From: Lachnospira sp.
GTDB lineage: Bacteria > Bacillota > Clostridia > Lachnospirales > Lachnospiraceae
Length of the DNA: 64,000 bases
Reading direction: 5' to 3'
Assembly: GCA_045543195.1 (NCBI GenBank)
Contig: JAZQME010000020.1
Coordinates: 28,637 to 92,636, forward strand
The notes below the pieces were generated by a model. It saw nothing but the letters and a program-made list of their open reading frames with translations. It ran no database searches and was not told the DNA's origin. Made by a program: the position numbers and the translations under genes. Below are positions 31,808-41,337 of the stretch, piece after piece; positions within the stretch are counted from its first letter, which is position 1, and every line of letters starts with the position of its first letter.

Positions 31808-31839
31808 AAGGGATATTGCAGCTCACTGCAATATCCCTT
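31808..31839. terminator. bidirectional intrinsic terminator
   Basis: Hairpin AAGGGATATTGCAG-CTCA-CTGCAATATCCCTT between convergent genes. Confidence 0.8.
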
Positions 31840-31869
31840 ATTTACTATTCACACCATATTATATACTTA

Positions 31870-33960
31870 CTATATATGTTGTTCTACATACTTACCAATA
31901 TTGGCATTATCCTCATTCATACGACAACCCACATAGTATCTGTCATCACCCTTAGTAATACGTATAATAACGCCTTCCAGCTTGTCCACGCCAGTTATGC
32001 CCAGATTATCCACAGTTACTGTAACGGACTTATTTCTAAGCCTTTCAATATCAGAAGATATCAACGAGAACGCAAATCCTCCGGCACTAATATTACTCAT
32101 TCTTCCTGAGAATTCTAAGTTCACATCACTGCCCTTGATTGTACATGAGTTAGATATATTCATACGAGGATACTTTCTTCTATTATTAACCTTTGGATTA
32201 CCACTGAACTTAATCTGAATGCTACCATCCTTAAGAGGATGCATCTTAACATCATTCCATGTGTAGATATTATTATCAACAACTACCTCCACATTGTATG
32301 TATGGTTCTTATCATAAGTCAATGTACCATTAGTTCCAGGAATAGTTGTTATAACAACACCGCCCTCTATAACATGTGCGACCTTAGCTTTATATTCTCT
32401 AGCATCACTTCCATTAAGTTCTTTAACCGTTACATACATACCCGGTCGCATATCTGAAGAATCCATGAATCCACCATCACCAAGTTCCTCAACAAGCTTA
32501 CCAACTACAATCTCAATATTAGATACGTTCTGAGAAGTTTCTTCATACTTACTTCTCATAATCTTAGTATTATTATCCGCATCAACAATACTGTCTGTCA
32601 TAAGCTCAACTACTTCAAAAACACTGTTCATATTCTCTACCATGTTCTTGTTAGAGTCTTCAACCTCATCCATAGCATGGCCTACAACCTGCATGTTATC
32701 ACCAAGTTTAATAGTATCATCTGTGATGTCATTGACACTCTTTTCAACATCAGAAATCTGTTCAAGTGTCTTTGAAATTAACTGCAATGTCTTTGTGATG
32801 GCATCTGTCATCTTATCAGATGTATCTTCAAGATGCGCTAAAGCATTCATAATACTGTTAGAAGAATTCTGTGTACCACTACTTAAGTTACGAATCTCAT
32901 CCGCAACAACAGCAAAGCCCTTACCGGCTTCACCAGCTCTTGCCGCTTCGATAGATGCATTAAGTGAAAGAAGTTCTGTCTGACTGGAAATATCCTCAAT
33001 AATACCAGTCTCATTCTTAACCATCTCAAATTCTTTCTTAAACTCTTTAAGAATCTCGTCAACCTCTGCAGAAAGCTCTGCCATCTCATTAGTTGACTTA
33101 ATAACCTCATTAAGCTGCTCTGTACTTCTCTTAGCTTTTGTTACAGACTGCTCCATAACAACCATCGTATCCTGAATACGATTAGCAACATTTTCTACCT
33201 GAGCACTAATCTTATTAGTCATCTCCAATGAAGAATTAGTTCTGTCTCTCAATGTGAGATTGTTCGAAGTCAACTCTTCCATGTTATTAACTACGAAGTT
33301 AGCACTCTCCTTATTCTCGTCAGCGAGCTCCTTAACTACTGTGATACCATCAACAATAGATGTACTCGCACCCTTAACCTTTTCAACAGTCTCAACAACT
33401 CTTGCGAGATTACCTTCAACTGAGCTTAAAAGTGCACCATCAGACTTAGTTGTATGACTTATTGACATAACAAATGCCCAGTATATAAGAATAACTAAAG
33501 CATATACAATCTCATACTCCGTTATGGCCTGAGAGTCCATGCCTCCTGAAAATATCAGCATAAACATTCTGACTGTAACCAAAATAACATTCAGTATCCA
33601 TGTTCTTATAATAAGGAACTTATCCTTATAAAGCGTAAGCATAGCAACAACAGGAAATACATACATCATAGTAAGTCTGGAATCACCCGTAAGTGCCACG
33701 AATGCATAAAACAAACCATATCCTATAGCTATAGTCTCTTTACACCACTTTGTTTTTAACCCTTTTAATCCAATAAAAACAAACGATAAAATAACCGGCA
33801 ACCAACATATAGCAAGAAATGTGATCAAATATACTGTAGTTCTCTTACCCTTTGTCCACTCAATAATATAAGCAACAGTAAGAACAACATCAATAAAAAT
33901 CCACATCATCATAGCTTTTAGGTTAGCATTTTTTCTGAAATATTCCTCATCGTACTGCAT
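31870..33960 (-). CDS. methyl-accepting chemotaxis protein with multi-TM N-terminus and C-terminal PilZ domain
   Basis: Five or six N-terminal TM helices. MCP signalling hairpin [32 protein letters not shown]-terminal PilZ motifs RKYPR (RxxxR) and NISAGG (D/NxSxxG). Confidence 0.85.
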   Translation of the reverse strand: MQYDEEYFRKNANLKAMMMWIFIDVVLTVAYIIEWTKGKRTTVYLITFLAICWLPVILSFVFIGLKGLKTKWCKETIAIGYGLFYAFVALTGDSRLTMMYVFPVVAMLTLYKDKFLIIRTWILNVILVTVRMFMLIFSGGMDSQAITEYEIVYALVILIYWAFVMSISHTTKSDGALLSSVEGNLARVVETVEKVKGASTSIVDGITVVKELADENKESANFVVNNMEELTSNNLTLRDRTNSSLEMTNKISAQVENVANRIQDTMVVMEQSVTKAKRSTEQLNEVIKSTNEMAELSAEVDEILKEFKKEFEMVKNETGIIEDISSQTELLSLNASIEAARAGEAGKGFAVVADEIRNLSSGTQNSSNSIMNALAHLEDTSDKMTDAITKTLQLISKTLEQISDVEKSVNDITDDTIKLGDNMQVVGHAMDEVEDSNKNMVENMNSVFEVVELMTDSIVDADNNTKIMRSKYEETSQNVSNIEIVVGKLVEELGDGGFMDSSDMRPGMYVTVKELNGSDAREYKAKVAHVIEGGVVITTIPGTNGTLTYDKNHTYNVEVVVDNNIYTWNDVKMHPLKDGSIQIKFSGNPKVNNRRKYPRMNISNSCTIKGSDVNLEFSGRMSNISAGGFAFSLISSDIERLRNKSVTVTVDNLGITGVDKLEGVIIRITKGDDRYYVGCRMNEDNANIGKYVEQHI

Positions 33961-34041
33961 AAATCCACCTCCAAGTACTCTAAAACAGCTTAAACATTAG
34001 TAACCTTACCAAGATACGTTCACAATACACACTTCAATCGC

Positions 34042-35055
34042 TTACTTTAATCCCGAGAACAATCTGGATATTCCCGGCTTGGACAAATAATCTCTGATAG
34101 CCTGTACACCTTCCTTACTGCGTTCAGTAGCTGCTGCCTGCTCAGTAGACTGACGTAAAACATTAGCAAAATTCATAAGCATCTTTTCCTGCATCATAGC
34201 AATCTGCTTCTCAAGCATCTGAACACTCTCATCTGACTTTTCAATCTTGTCATTCATACCTGCAACAGTGTTACCTGCCTGGATTACAGCTGCTTCCATA
34301 GCAACCATCTTACCACTCATATCAGTAACCTTACTATCCATAGCCATAACACTATCAAGCTTACTATTTATAGAAAGAACACTGTCAAGTTTACCATTCA
34401 TAGCAAATACTGTTTCAAACTTGCTGTCTATCTTACTGTCGAGCTCTGACATAAACTCTTCAGCAGCCATAAGCTTGCCACCAATTGCTAATACTCTGTT
34501 GTCCACCTCTATCATCTTAGTCTCTACCATAGCCATAGGCTCTAACTTCTGACTAAGTTCAGCATACTTCTCCTCTAAAGCTGCCATAGCACTAAGTTTC
34601 TCATTAGCCTCTGAAAGCAATGTAGTCATAGCTGCCATTTTCTCGTCAGCTTCTGCAAGTCTTTCATTAGCTACTTCGAGCTTTCTAACCATAACAGCCA
34701 ATTTTTCATCTGAAGCATTCAACTTAGATTCTGCCGAAGACATCTTAACATTGGCTTCATATAAATCATCTCCCATATCAGACATAGCCTTGTCTAATGC
34801 GCCAAATGCCTCTGCATAAGCATCAAGTGCTCCAACTGTCTTATTCATAGATACATTGATACTCTCAAGAGCGTCTTCTATCTTCTCTGTATCTACAGTC
34901 ACCTTTACATCCTCAGTCTTCTCACTCTTTTTAAGGTCCGCAACTGCAACCTTAAGGTCCTGCTGGCCTACCTCCAGGTCTTTAATCGCCCCTTTGATAC
35001 TTTCTTCAATTTCCTTAATCAACTGTTCCGTAGTATTATCTACCTCAAAAATCAT
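34042..35055 (-). CDS. coiled-coil/low-complexity helical repeat protein
   Basis: 337 aa, A/E/K/L/M-rich, with recurring [DE]xK[LM] units such as NGKLDSVLSI / NSKLDSVMAM / DSKVTDMSGK. No TM helix or signal peptide. Lies 19 nt downstream of the dynamin-like gene. Confidence 0.6.
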   Translation of the reverse strand: MIFEVDNTTEQLIKEIEESIKGAIKDLEVGQQDLKVAVADLKKSEKTEDVKVTVDTEKIEDALESINVSMNKTVGALDAYAEAFGALDKAMSDMGDDLYEANVKMSSAESKLNASDEKLAVMVRKLEVANERLAEADEKMAAMTTLLSEANEKLSAMAALEEKYAELSQKLEPMAMVETKMIEVDNRVLAIGGKLMAAEEFMSELDSKIDSKFETVFAMNGKLDSVLSINSKLDSVMAMDSKVTDMSGKMVAMEAAVIQAGNTVAGMNDKIEKSDESVQMLEKQIAMMQEKMLMNFANVLRQSTEQAAATERSKEGVQAIRDYLSKPGISRLFSGLK

Positions 35056-35074
35056 ACTTTAGTACCTCCCATAA

Positions 35075-37522
35075 TTAATCAACTTTAACATCATTAATAA
35101 TACGCATAATATTCTCCGCCACCTGCTTGTCCAAGAAACTTGCGTATTTATTGTTGCATACACGCAATATCTCTTGTTCTCTTGTAGCCGTAGCAACCGG
35201 TTCCATCTGATGTTCTAAGAACACAAGATTGTAGATTGGATTATCATGGCTTAACCATATGCAACCCTTACACAATTCACTTTGTTCCTTAACAAATGCC
35301 AGCATACTCTGAAGACCCTCTACCAGATTGTCACCTGTCAATAACTCCTCAAAATCCTGAACAACCCAGACAATATAATCATCATCCGAAACAACAGCAT
35401 CTAAGCCAATCTCCAGAACCTGTTTCTTGGCAGCTCCAAACTGTATAGTATTAACAAGTACAAAAAAGCATCTTTTTTCTGCTTGAAAAACTGCTTCGTC
35501 ACTTATATCACCTTCACACACAATAGCATCTTTGATGCCTGTCTGCCACAAGAATTCATTAATACAATTCTCGTCCCAGCCTACTATTACCGGCGTATGC
35601 TCCATACAGTTCACACGCTTAAACAACGACTTAGCCACTGCATTGTGCACACTCTTACCCATACTTCTGGATAACTTAAGCACTGACGCAACAGCTCCAT
35701 CAACTTCAATCTGCGATGTATCACTAAACTTAGTAATATACCCTTCCGTCTCATGCGAAAGTTTACTTTCCTCCGCTTCACTATCTAAGGAAACATCAGT
35801 TGTTGCCAATTCTTCCTCCGAGTCAGCTTCTCTTTGATTATCCCACTCAACAATCAATGATTCAAGATCTTCCTTAAACATCTTGATACCCATATCCTGA
35901 ATAGTTGATTCTTTTCTTACATCATGTAATTCCTCAGCAAGATCAATCACCTTGCTAATAGTACCTACAGAAACGTCAAAATTCTTGGTCTTCCAATCTC
36001 TGTACATAGCTGAATATCTGCCTATTGCAACATCAAGCTGCTGCTCTATGAGCTTTACGGTAGCTTCACTATCTGTCTCATAACGCTTATCGTACTCTGT
36101 ATGATAACCAAGTGACTTATCTCCTGTAAGCATACCTAAACCTCTTTTTAAGGCAGCACCAAAACCTAAGTCCTTCATTCTCCTCTCAGTTTTAATAAGC
36201 TTTTTCTTGATTGTAATAGCTTCAACCGGCTGAAATACCATAGACTTCATCACATCTCTGGATGGAATGTTAACCTCTTTGGCTGCCTGCTCTATAAACT
36301 CATTACCTTTCTCAATAACCTTAAGTACACTATTGCCGTACTCTTTTACCTGAGCATTCGTCTTATCAAGACTTATATTAAGTTCATCAGTCTTGTGAAG
36401 CCCCTTTCGTATATTAACCGCTGCACTAAGATAACGCTCCTCAGCCTTTGCATACTCCTGAGCCTGATACTTCTCAAACTCAACTAATCGTTTCTTGAGT
36501 TCACTATACTCAAATTCGATTTCTGTGCCTCTATTACGTCCTTCCAGATACTCCCCGATTCTTTTCTGAATACCTGCCACACAGGCATATACACTTTCGC
36601 ATCTGGCCTTTTCTATTCGTGGTCTCTGAGTTATAAGCATATTATTTATATACTCAATGAACTCCTTATAATGAGATGCTTTATACTTCTCCTGAAATCC
36701 TGCTATCTCATCCTGTGTTCCTGTCGCAACTGCTACCCTGCACTGTCTCGCATACTCTGCAGACATCTGAACCACAGATACCATATCATTGTCTATCTCT
36801 GATGACTCAACTATCTTCTTTATTCTGTTCAAATGCTCCTGTGCTGCATCTTTACGACTCTTTTCACCATTGGCTGTTGTCTTAACTGTATCTAACATAT
36901 TCTGAACAATAACCACAGGGCATCCGTACTTAGCAAGAACATCCAGCATCATAGCTGTCTTACGATCCGTATTAGCCTTCATAGTTGTAACATATATGCA
37001 TACGTCAATAGTTGGCACCATAGTCTCAAGTGTAAGCTTCTCATGCGCCTCCAAACCATATGCATCAAGTCCCGGACTATCAATCAGCAACACATCTTTA
37101 TCAAGTGCATAATTAGGTGACTTAATCTCTATACCCAATACCTTTTTCCAGTTGTCGGGATTGTATCTAGCATCACTGTACTCTATAACATTACGTTTAT
37201 CGAACTCATCACCGGTAAGAAGCTTCTCTGTTCCATCTTCAAACTTAACATTAACAGACTCTTCCTCTCCATAAGTACAATAAATCAACTGTCCCGATGT
37301 CGGTACAACCGCTTTTGACAATATATCTACTCCGAGGATAGCATTAACCAGCGTAGACTTACCACCACTAGTAACACCCATAACACCAACGCGCACGAAA
37401 TCAGTCTCCCAATCGGCCTTTCTTGCCCGGACCCATTCGAGACTGTCTTTACAGAAACGTTCAACCTGTCTGTTGGACATTAACTCCTCTTCTAATCGTG
37501 TTAGTAATTCTAAACTATTCAA
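35075..37522 (-). CDS. bacterial dynamin-like GTPase
   Basis: 815 aa with G1 GVTSGGKSTLVNAILG and G3 DSPGLDA, followed by long helical stalk-like regions. Confidence 0.7.
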   Translation of the reverse strand: MNSLELLTRLEEELMSNRQVERFCKDSLEWVRARKADWETDFVRVGVMGVTSGGKSTLVNAILGVDILSKAVVPTSGQLIYCTYGEEESVNVKFEDGTEKLLTGDEFDKRNVIEYSDARYNPDNWKKVLGIEIKSPNYALDKDVLLIDSPGLDAYGLEAHEKLTLETMVPTIDVCIYVTTMKANTDRKTAMMLDVLAKYGCPVVIVQNMLDTVKTTANGEKSRKDAAQEHLNRIKKIVESSEIDNDMVSVVQMSAEYARQCRVAVATGTQDEIAGFQEKYKASHYKEFIEYINNMLITQRPRIEKARCESVYACVAGIQKRIGEYLEGRNRGTEIEFEYSELKKRLVEFEKYQAQEYAKAEERYLSAAVNIRKGLHKTDELNISLDKTNAQVKEYGNSVLKVIEKGNEFIEQAAKEVNIPSRDVMKSMVFQPVEAITIKKKLIKTERRMKDLGFGAALKRGLGMLTGDKSLGYHTEYDKRYETDSEATVKLIEQQLDVAIGRYSAMYRDWKTKNFDVSVGTISKVIDLAEELHDVRKESTIQDMGIKMFKEDLESLIVEWDNQREADSEEELATTDVSLDSEAEESKLSHETEGYITKFSDTSQIEVDGAVASVLKLSRSMGKSVHNAVAKSLFKRVNCMEHTPVIVGWDENCINEFLWQTGIKDAIVCEGDISDEAVFQAEKRCFFVLVNTIQFGAAKKQVLEIGLDAVVSDDDYIVWVVQDFEELLTGDNLVEGLQSMLAFVKEQSELCKGCIWLSHDNPIYNLVFLEHQMEPVATATREQEILRVCNNKYASFLDKQVAENIMRIINDVKVD

Positions 37523-37596
37523 AACACATTACCCCTTCTTAGCTGTATACACATATTTATTCATATGTATAATTTTATCACTGCTTTAACAATATT

Positions 37597-39318
37597 TCAA
37601 CTATTTATTGGCAAACTATTAACAATGCATAAAGCTCCCCAACCAGTTCTGTCTGAGGGTCTTTCCTGCCCTAAAAGCGGCCTCGCACCCTTAAGAAGAT
37701 ATGCCTTTACCTTCTCGTTATATAAAAATGCATCATTGCCCCTGACAATCCCCCACTCCATCAGAAGTGCCGCTCCTCCTGTAACAAATGGTGTAGCAAA
37801 AGAAGTGCCTGTGACTCTCACATTTTCAGCAACCAGTATATCTACCCCCGGGGCAACTATTTCCGGCTTAACAAAAACGCTTGCCCCCTCTGCAATAACA
37901 TATCCGACTCCGGAAAATGGTGCATACACTCCCATTCTTGCATCATAAGCTCCCACTGTAACAACACCTGAAGCGGTTGCAGGTATCGTCACCGTAAGAT
38001 TTTCATCCGGACGTGCAAATCCAGTCCCCTCATTGATAGCACCAACCGCTGGAAGCCACATATCAAATCTTCCTGACACAATATCCAGTGGCACCAGCCT
38101 CAATCTCCACACTCCCGCCTGTATATACTCACCAACAGGCACAAGATTAATATATATTTCCTGCCGCATATTGTAAGGTGACGGCTCGCCGTAATATGTA
38201 AGCACCGTTGTACCCGCAACATTGCTTCTGTTCACCTGATTGTATCGGTTTATTCTCCCAAGATTAACCCCTCCCGGTGTTATTATCTCGACTTCAAAAT
38301 CATCTACATACTCTTTCCATATCTGAATATCCAATGACGTTTCAAGTTCACTTACCACAAGCTCTACTTCCAATTCCTCATTGTCATTAAGCACACCCGA
38401 TGCGTGTGTAGCCGCCGAACCCTCATTGCCACTGCCAACACATATAACATTATTACCAATTCCTGTGACTGAATTGAGATATCCTTCAAGCAGTGTACCT
38501 CCTGTATGGTCGCCATAATTGTTTCCAAAGCTTATATTAATCGCCACCGGCCTATTATATTCAAGACCTTTTCTTACACAGTAATCCACTGCCCTCATAA
38601 GCTGTGTCGTTCTCGGAAATGTATATTCACCCAGTGCATTCGCCACTCCCATCTTGACCACTATTATATCAGCTTTTGATGCAACTCCACTATTACCACA
38701 TGCTATCCTTGCTACATTGGTGCCGTGCCCCACCGTATCATATCCCGGAATGTTAAACACATCTGGTCCTGTAGCATTATTAATATAATTATCAATCTGG
38801 TCTCTCGTAAGAAATTCATCCTTCATCTGGTCCCATATATCAATAATTCTCGTCCCACCTTCCCGAGTCCTAAAATCACCAAGATATGGATTAATTCCCG
38901 TATCAATAATTGCCACAATAACCCCTTCACCAAACAGTCCAAGTGAAGCATTTCCTTGGAGTTGAACCGGTGTCACACAGCTAGCCGTTTTCCCATTTAT
39001 TAAATCAAAATATAATTTCTTTGGTTTTTCTGCATATTCTATATTCTGCTCCGCTATAATATCCTCAACAATTGATGTAGGCGCAACTATTACACCATAA
39101 TTATTAAGCAGTTCAACAACTGTTGTACCTTCGTATTTATCTGCTATACCTGTCAGACTGCCTGTAAAGCGCACAATAATCTCCACAAATGTTCCATCCT
39201 GTGAATACCCCGCTTCCAGGTCCGGTGATTTCTTCCGCTCATCTTCAGTTACCTGCATACTGATACTAAGTAAATCTTCCTGTTTTTGAGATAATATCAT
39301 ATTCTGACAACCACACAT
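37597..39318 (-). CDS. S8 subtilisin-like serine protease, Csp (germination-specific protease) type
   Basis: Intact triad contexts AIIDTGI (Asp), GHGTNVA (His) and GTSFATP (Ser). No signal peptide. The N-terminal prodomain pattern IIVRFTG...YGVIV...IEYAEKPK and the roughly 570-aa length resemble clostridial CspB/CspC. Confidence 0.65.
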   Translation of the reverse strand: MCGCQNMILSQKQEDLLSISMQVTEDERKKSPDLEAGYSQDGTFVEIIVRFTGSLTGIADKYEGTTVVELLNNYGVIVAPTSIVEDIIAEQNIEYAEKPKKLYFDLINGKTASCVTPVQLQGNASLGLFGEGVIVAIIDTGINPYLGDFRTREGGTRIIDIWDQMKDEFLTRDQIDNYINNATGPDVFNIPGYDTVGHGTNVARIACGNSGVASKADIIVVKMGVANALGEYTFPRTTQLMRAVDYCVRKGLEYNRPVAINISFGNNYGDHTGGTLLEGYLNSVTGIGNNVICVGSGNEGSAATHASGVLNDNEELEVELVVSELETSLDIQIWKEYVDDFEVEIITPGGVNLGRINRYNQVNRSNVAGTTVLTYYGEPSPYNMRQEIYINLVPVGEYIQAGVWRLRLVPLDIVSGRFDMWLPAVGAINEGTGFARPDENLTVTIPATASGVVTVGAYDARMGVYAPFSGVGYVIAEGASVFVKPEIVAPGVDILVAENVRVTGTSFATPFVTGGAALLMEWGIVRGNDAFLYNEKVKAYLLKGARPLLGQERPSDRTGWGALCIVNSLPINS

Positions 39319-39452
39319 AACTTATTTTTAATATCCTATGTAACACATCCCGCTAATAATTCCACTTGCATTAGAACAAATCGTCCTAATATATAAAAGA
39401 GCTTATGTAAATGCTGTTAAACACCTGCCATAAGCTCTTACTTATATATCTA

Positions 39453-41321
39453 TTACTTTTCTTCTGATAGCTCAACTAATTCAATATCTTCATCTTCACT
39501 ATCTTCAGTGGCTTCATCGCTTTCTGTTTCTTCTGTTAACTCAGCGTCTTCAACTAAGTCGGTAGCTTCCGTATCCGGAACCTGAGCTTCATCACCTGCT
39601 TCATCACCTGATTCATCATCAGTTTCATTATCAGTTGCATCATCTCCAAATACTTCCTCGCCATCAAGAAGGACATCTCCGTCGTCTTCCTCCGGAACCT
39701 CACCCACTTCAAGTACGTCGTCATCATTCACATCATCCAATGCATCATACTCCTCGTACTCTTCGTCAAGCTCATCTTCTTCCTCGTCTTCTTCCTCCTC
39801 TTCCTCTTCGTCTTCTTCCTCTTCGCTATCGTCTATCTCTCCTGCAATAACAGCCTTTTGTCTTTCCACTTCTTTAGTTGCCGCCTCTGCTTCTGCCTTT
39901 GCAGCTGCAAGCGCCTCTAACATCTCTTCATGACTCTCGCCCTTGCCGGCACGTGATGCCTTTGCTATAAACACAAACGCAACAATCATCATAGCAATAG
40001 CTGCAATAATAGCACCTATAGCAATATCCTTCCACATACCGCCATTAGAACCAGAACCTTCGTCATTATCGGATGATTCATCCTCTGACACCGAATCGCC
40101 TATGACAGGCGCAGCCCCTGTGAATCTTTGAATGGTACCTTCCTTGCTGTCATAAGAATACCAGCCGGTTGTTCCTTCTTCATTCATACCATAGAATAAG
40201 TAAAACTCGCTTTCACCATTCTTCATAGCTTTTACAGACTGCTCCGCAATATCCACATCTACAAGCTCGTATCCTAACGGTTTCTCCATCTCATCTGTTA
40301 TCTCAAGAATAACAAAATTTTGTTCTGCCTGATCAACACTTCTAAATGGATAAAACTTATCTTTGACAGTATCATATACATAATATTCACCTACACCTGT
40401 CACAGTATGCTCGAGATACATAATAGAAAGACCACCTGCATTTTTACCTACATACATAGTCTCACCCTTGTATGTAATCTCAGCTCTGTCAAAACCTGCT
40501 GGCAACTGAGTTATAGTATAATCAGGGTTAATATAATAATGCTCTCCATTATACTCACACATTTTCTTTGGAGCAGAAGTCTGCTGCTGTGTAGGAGTTA
40601 TCGGTTTGTTAGTTGTAATCGTATAAGTTCTCTTCGAACCATTCTCTGCTGTAACCGTAATTACTGTAGTATTGGTACCTTCCTTTATATCAGTACCTGT
40701 TACACCAATCTTAGCCTTTGCATGATTAGCCACTGCATTTACAACAAGCTTATAACACGAAGCATCTACATCTACAGTATACTTAGTTACATCCGGTGAA
40801 AATGCAGGTGTCAGCTTACCCGGACTGATTTCAAGCGTCTTGAGCTTATTATCACTTGAATAAGTAACCGGTGCATTAACCGTAACTGTACCATTAGTGG
40901 TTGATGTGGTCATCTTCCCCTCTTCCTCATCCAAGAACAAAGAAGAATCTAACACCTTCACACTAGACTTGCCAACCTTAAGCAACTTAAACTTAATGTT
41001 CCATGTTGCCGATTTAACTGCAGATTCTTTAACTAAACGAACCGTACCACCAGTGCCTCCACCATATTCAACTTCTTCGCCGCCTGAAGTAACATTTACT
41101 ATCTGCAACACTGAAGCATCATATGACAGATTCACGTCACTATAAAACTTTTTATCAGATGTAGCCTTTACCGCAACTGTAACCTCGCCCCCAACAGTGC
41201 CGGATACTGAACTTACACTTACTGCCACATTGCCTGCAGCATATACATCCGTTGGAAATGCAAGGGCAACTCCAGCTATCATAATACACATCAACAATAA
41301 TGCTATTACTCTCTTTTTCAT
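39453..41321 (-). CDS. type I membrane surface protein: cohesin-like domain, cadherin-like beta-sandwich, TM helix, acidic cytoplasmic tail
   Basis: Signal peptide ending VYA-AG. Cohesin-like block VAVSVSSVSGTVGGEVTVAVKATSD...LSYDASVLQIV. Cadherin-like block LKTLEISPGKLTPAFSPDVTKYTV. TM helix IAIGAIIAAIAMMIVAFVFIA. E/D-rich tail. Confidence 0.55.
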   Translation of the reverse strand: MKKRVIALLLMCIMIAGVALAFPTDVYAAGNVAVSVSSVSGTVGGEVTVAVKATSDKKFYSDVNLSYDASVLQIVNVTSGGEEVEYGGGTGGTVRLVKESAVKSATWNIKFKLLKVGKSSVKVLDSSLFLDEEEGKMTTSTTNGTVTVNAPVTYSSDNKLKTLEISPGKLTPAFSPDVTKYTVDVDASCYKLVVNAVANHAKAKIGVTGTDIKEGTNTTVITVTAENGSKRTYTITTNKPITPTQQQTSAPKKMCEYNGEHYYINPDYTITQLPAGFDRAEITYKGETMYVGKNAGGLSIMYLEHTVTGVGEYYVYDTVKDKFYPFRSVDQAEQNFVILEITDEMEKPLGYELVDVDIAEQSVKAMKNGESEFYLFYGMNEEGTTGWYSYDSKEGTIQRFTGAAPVIGDSVSEDESSDNDEGSGSNGGMWKDIAIGAIIAAIAMMIVAFVFIAKASRAGKGESHEEMLEALAAAKAEAEAATKEVERQKAVIAGEIDDSEEEEDEEEEEEEDEEEDELDEEYEEYDALDDVNDDDVLEVGEVPEEDDGDVLLDGEEVFGDDATDNETDDESGDEAGDEAQVPDTEATDLVEDAELTEETESDEATEDSEDEDIELVELSEEK

Positions 41322-41337
41322 ACTACCTCCTCATTTA

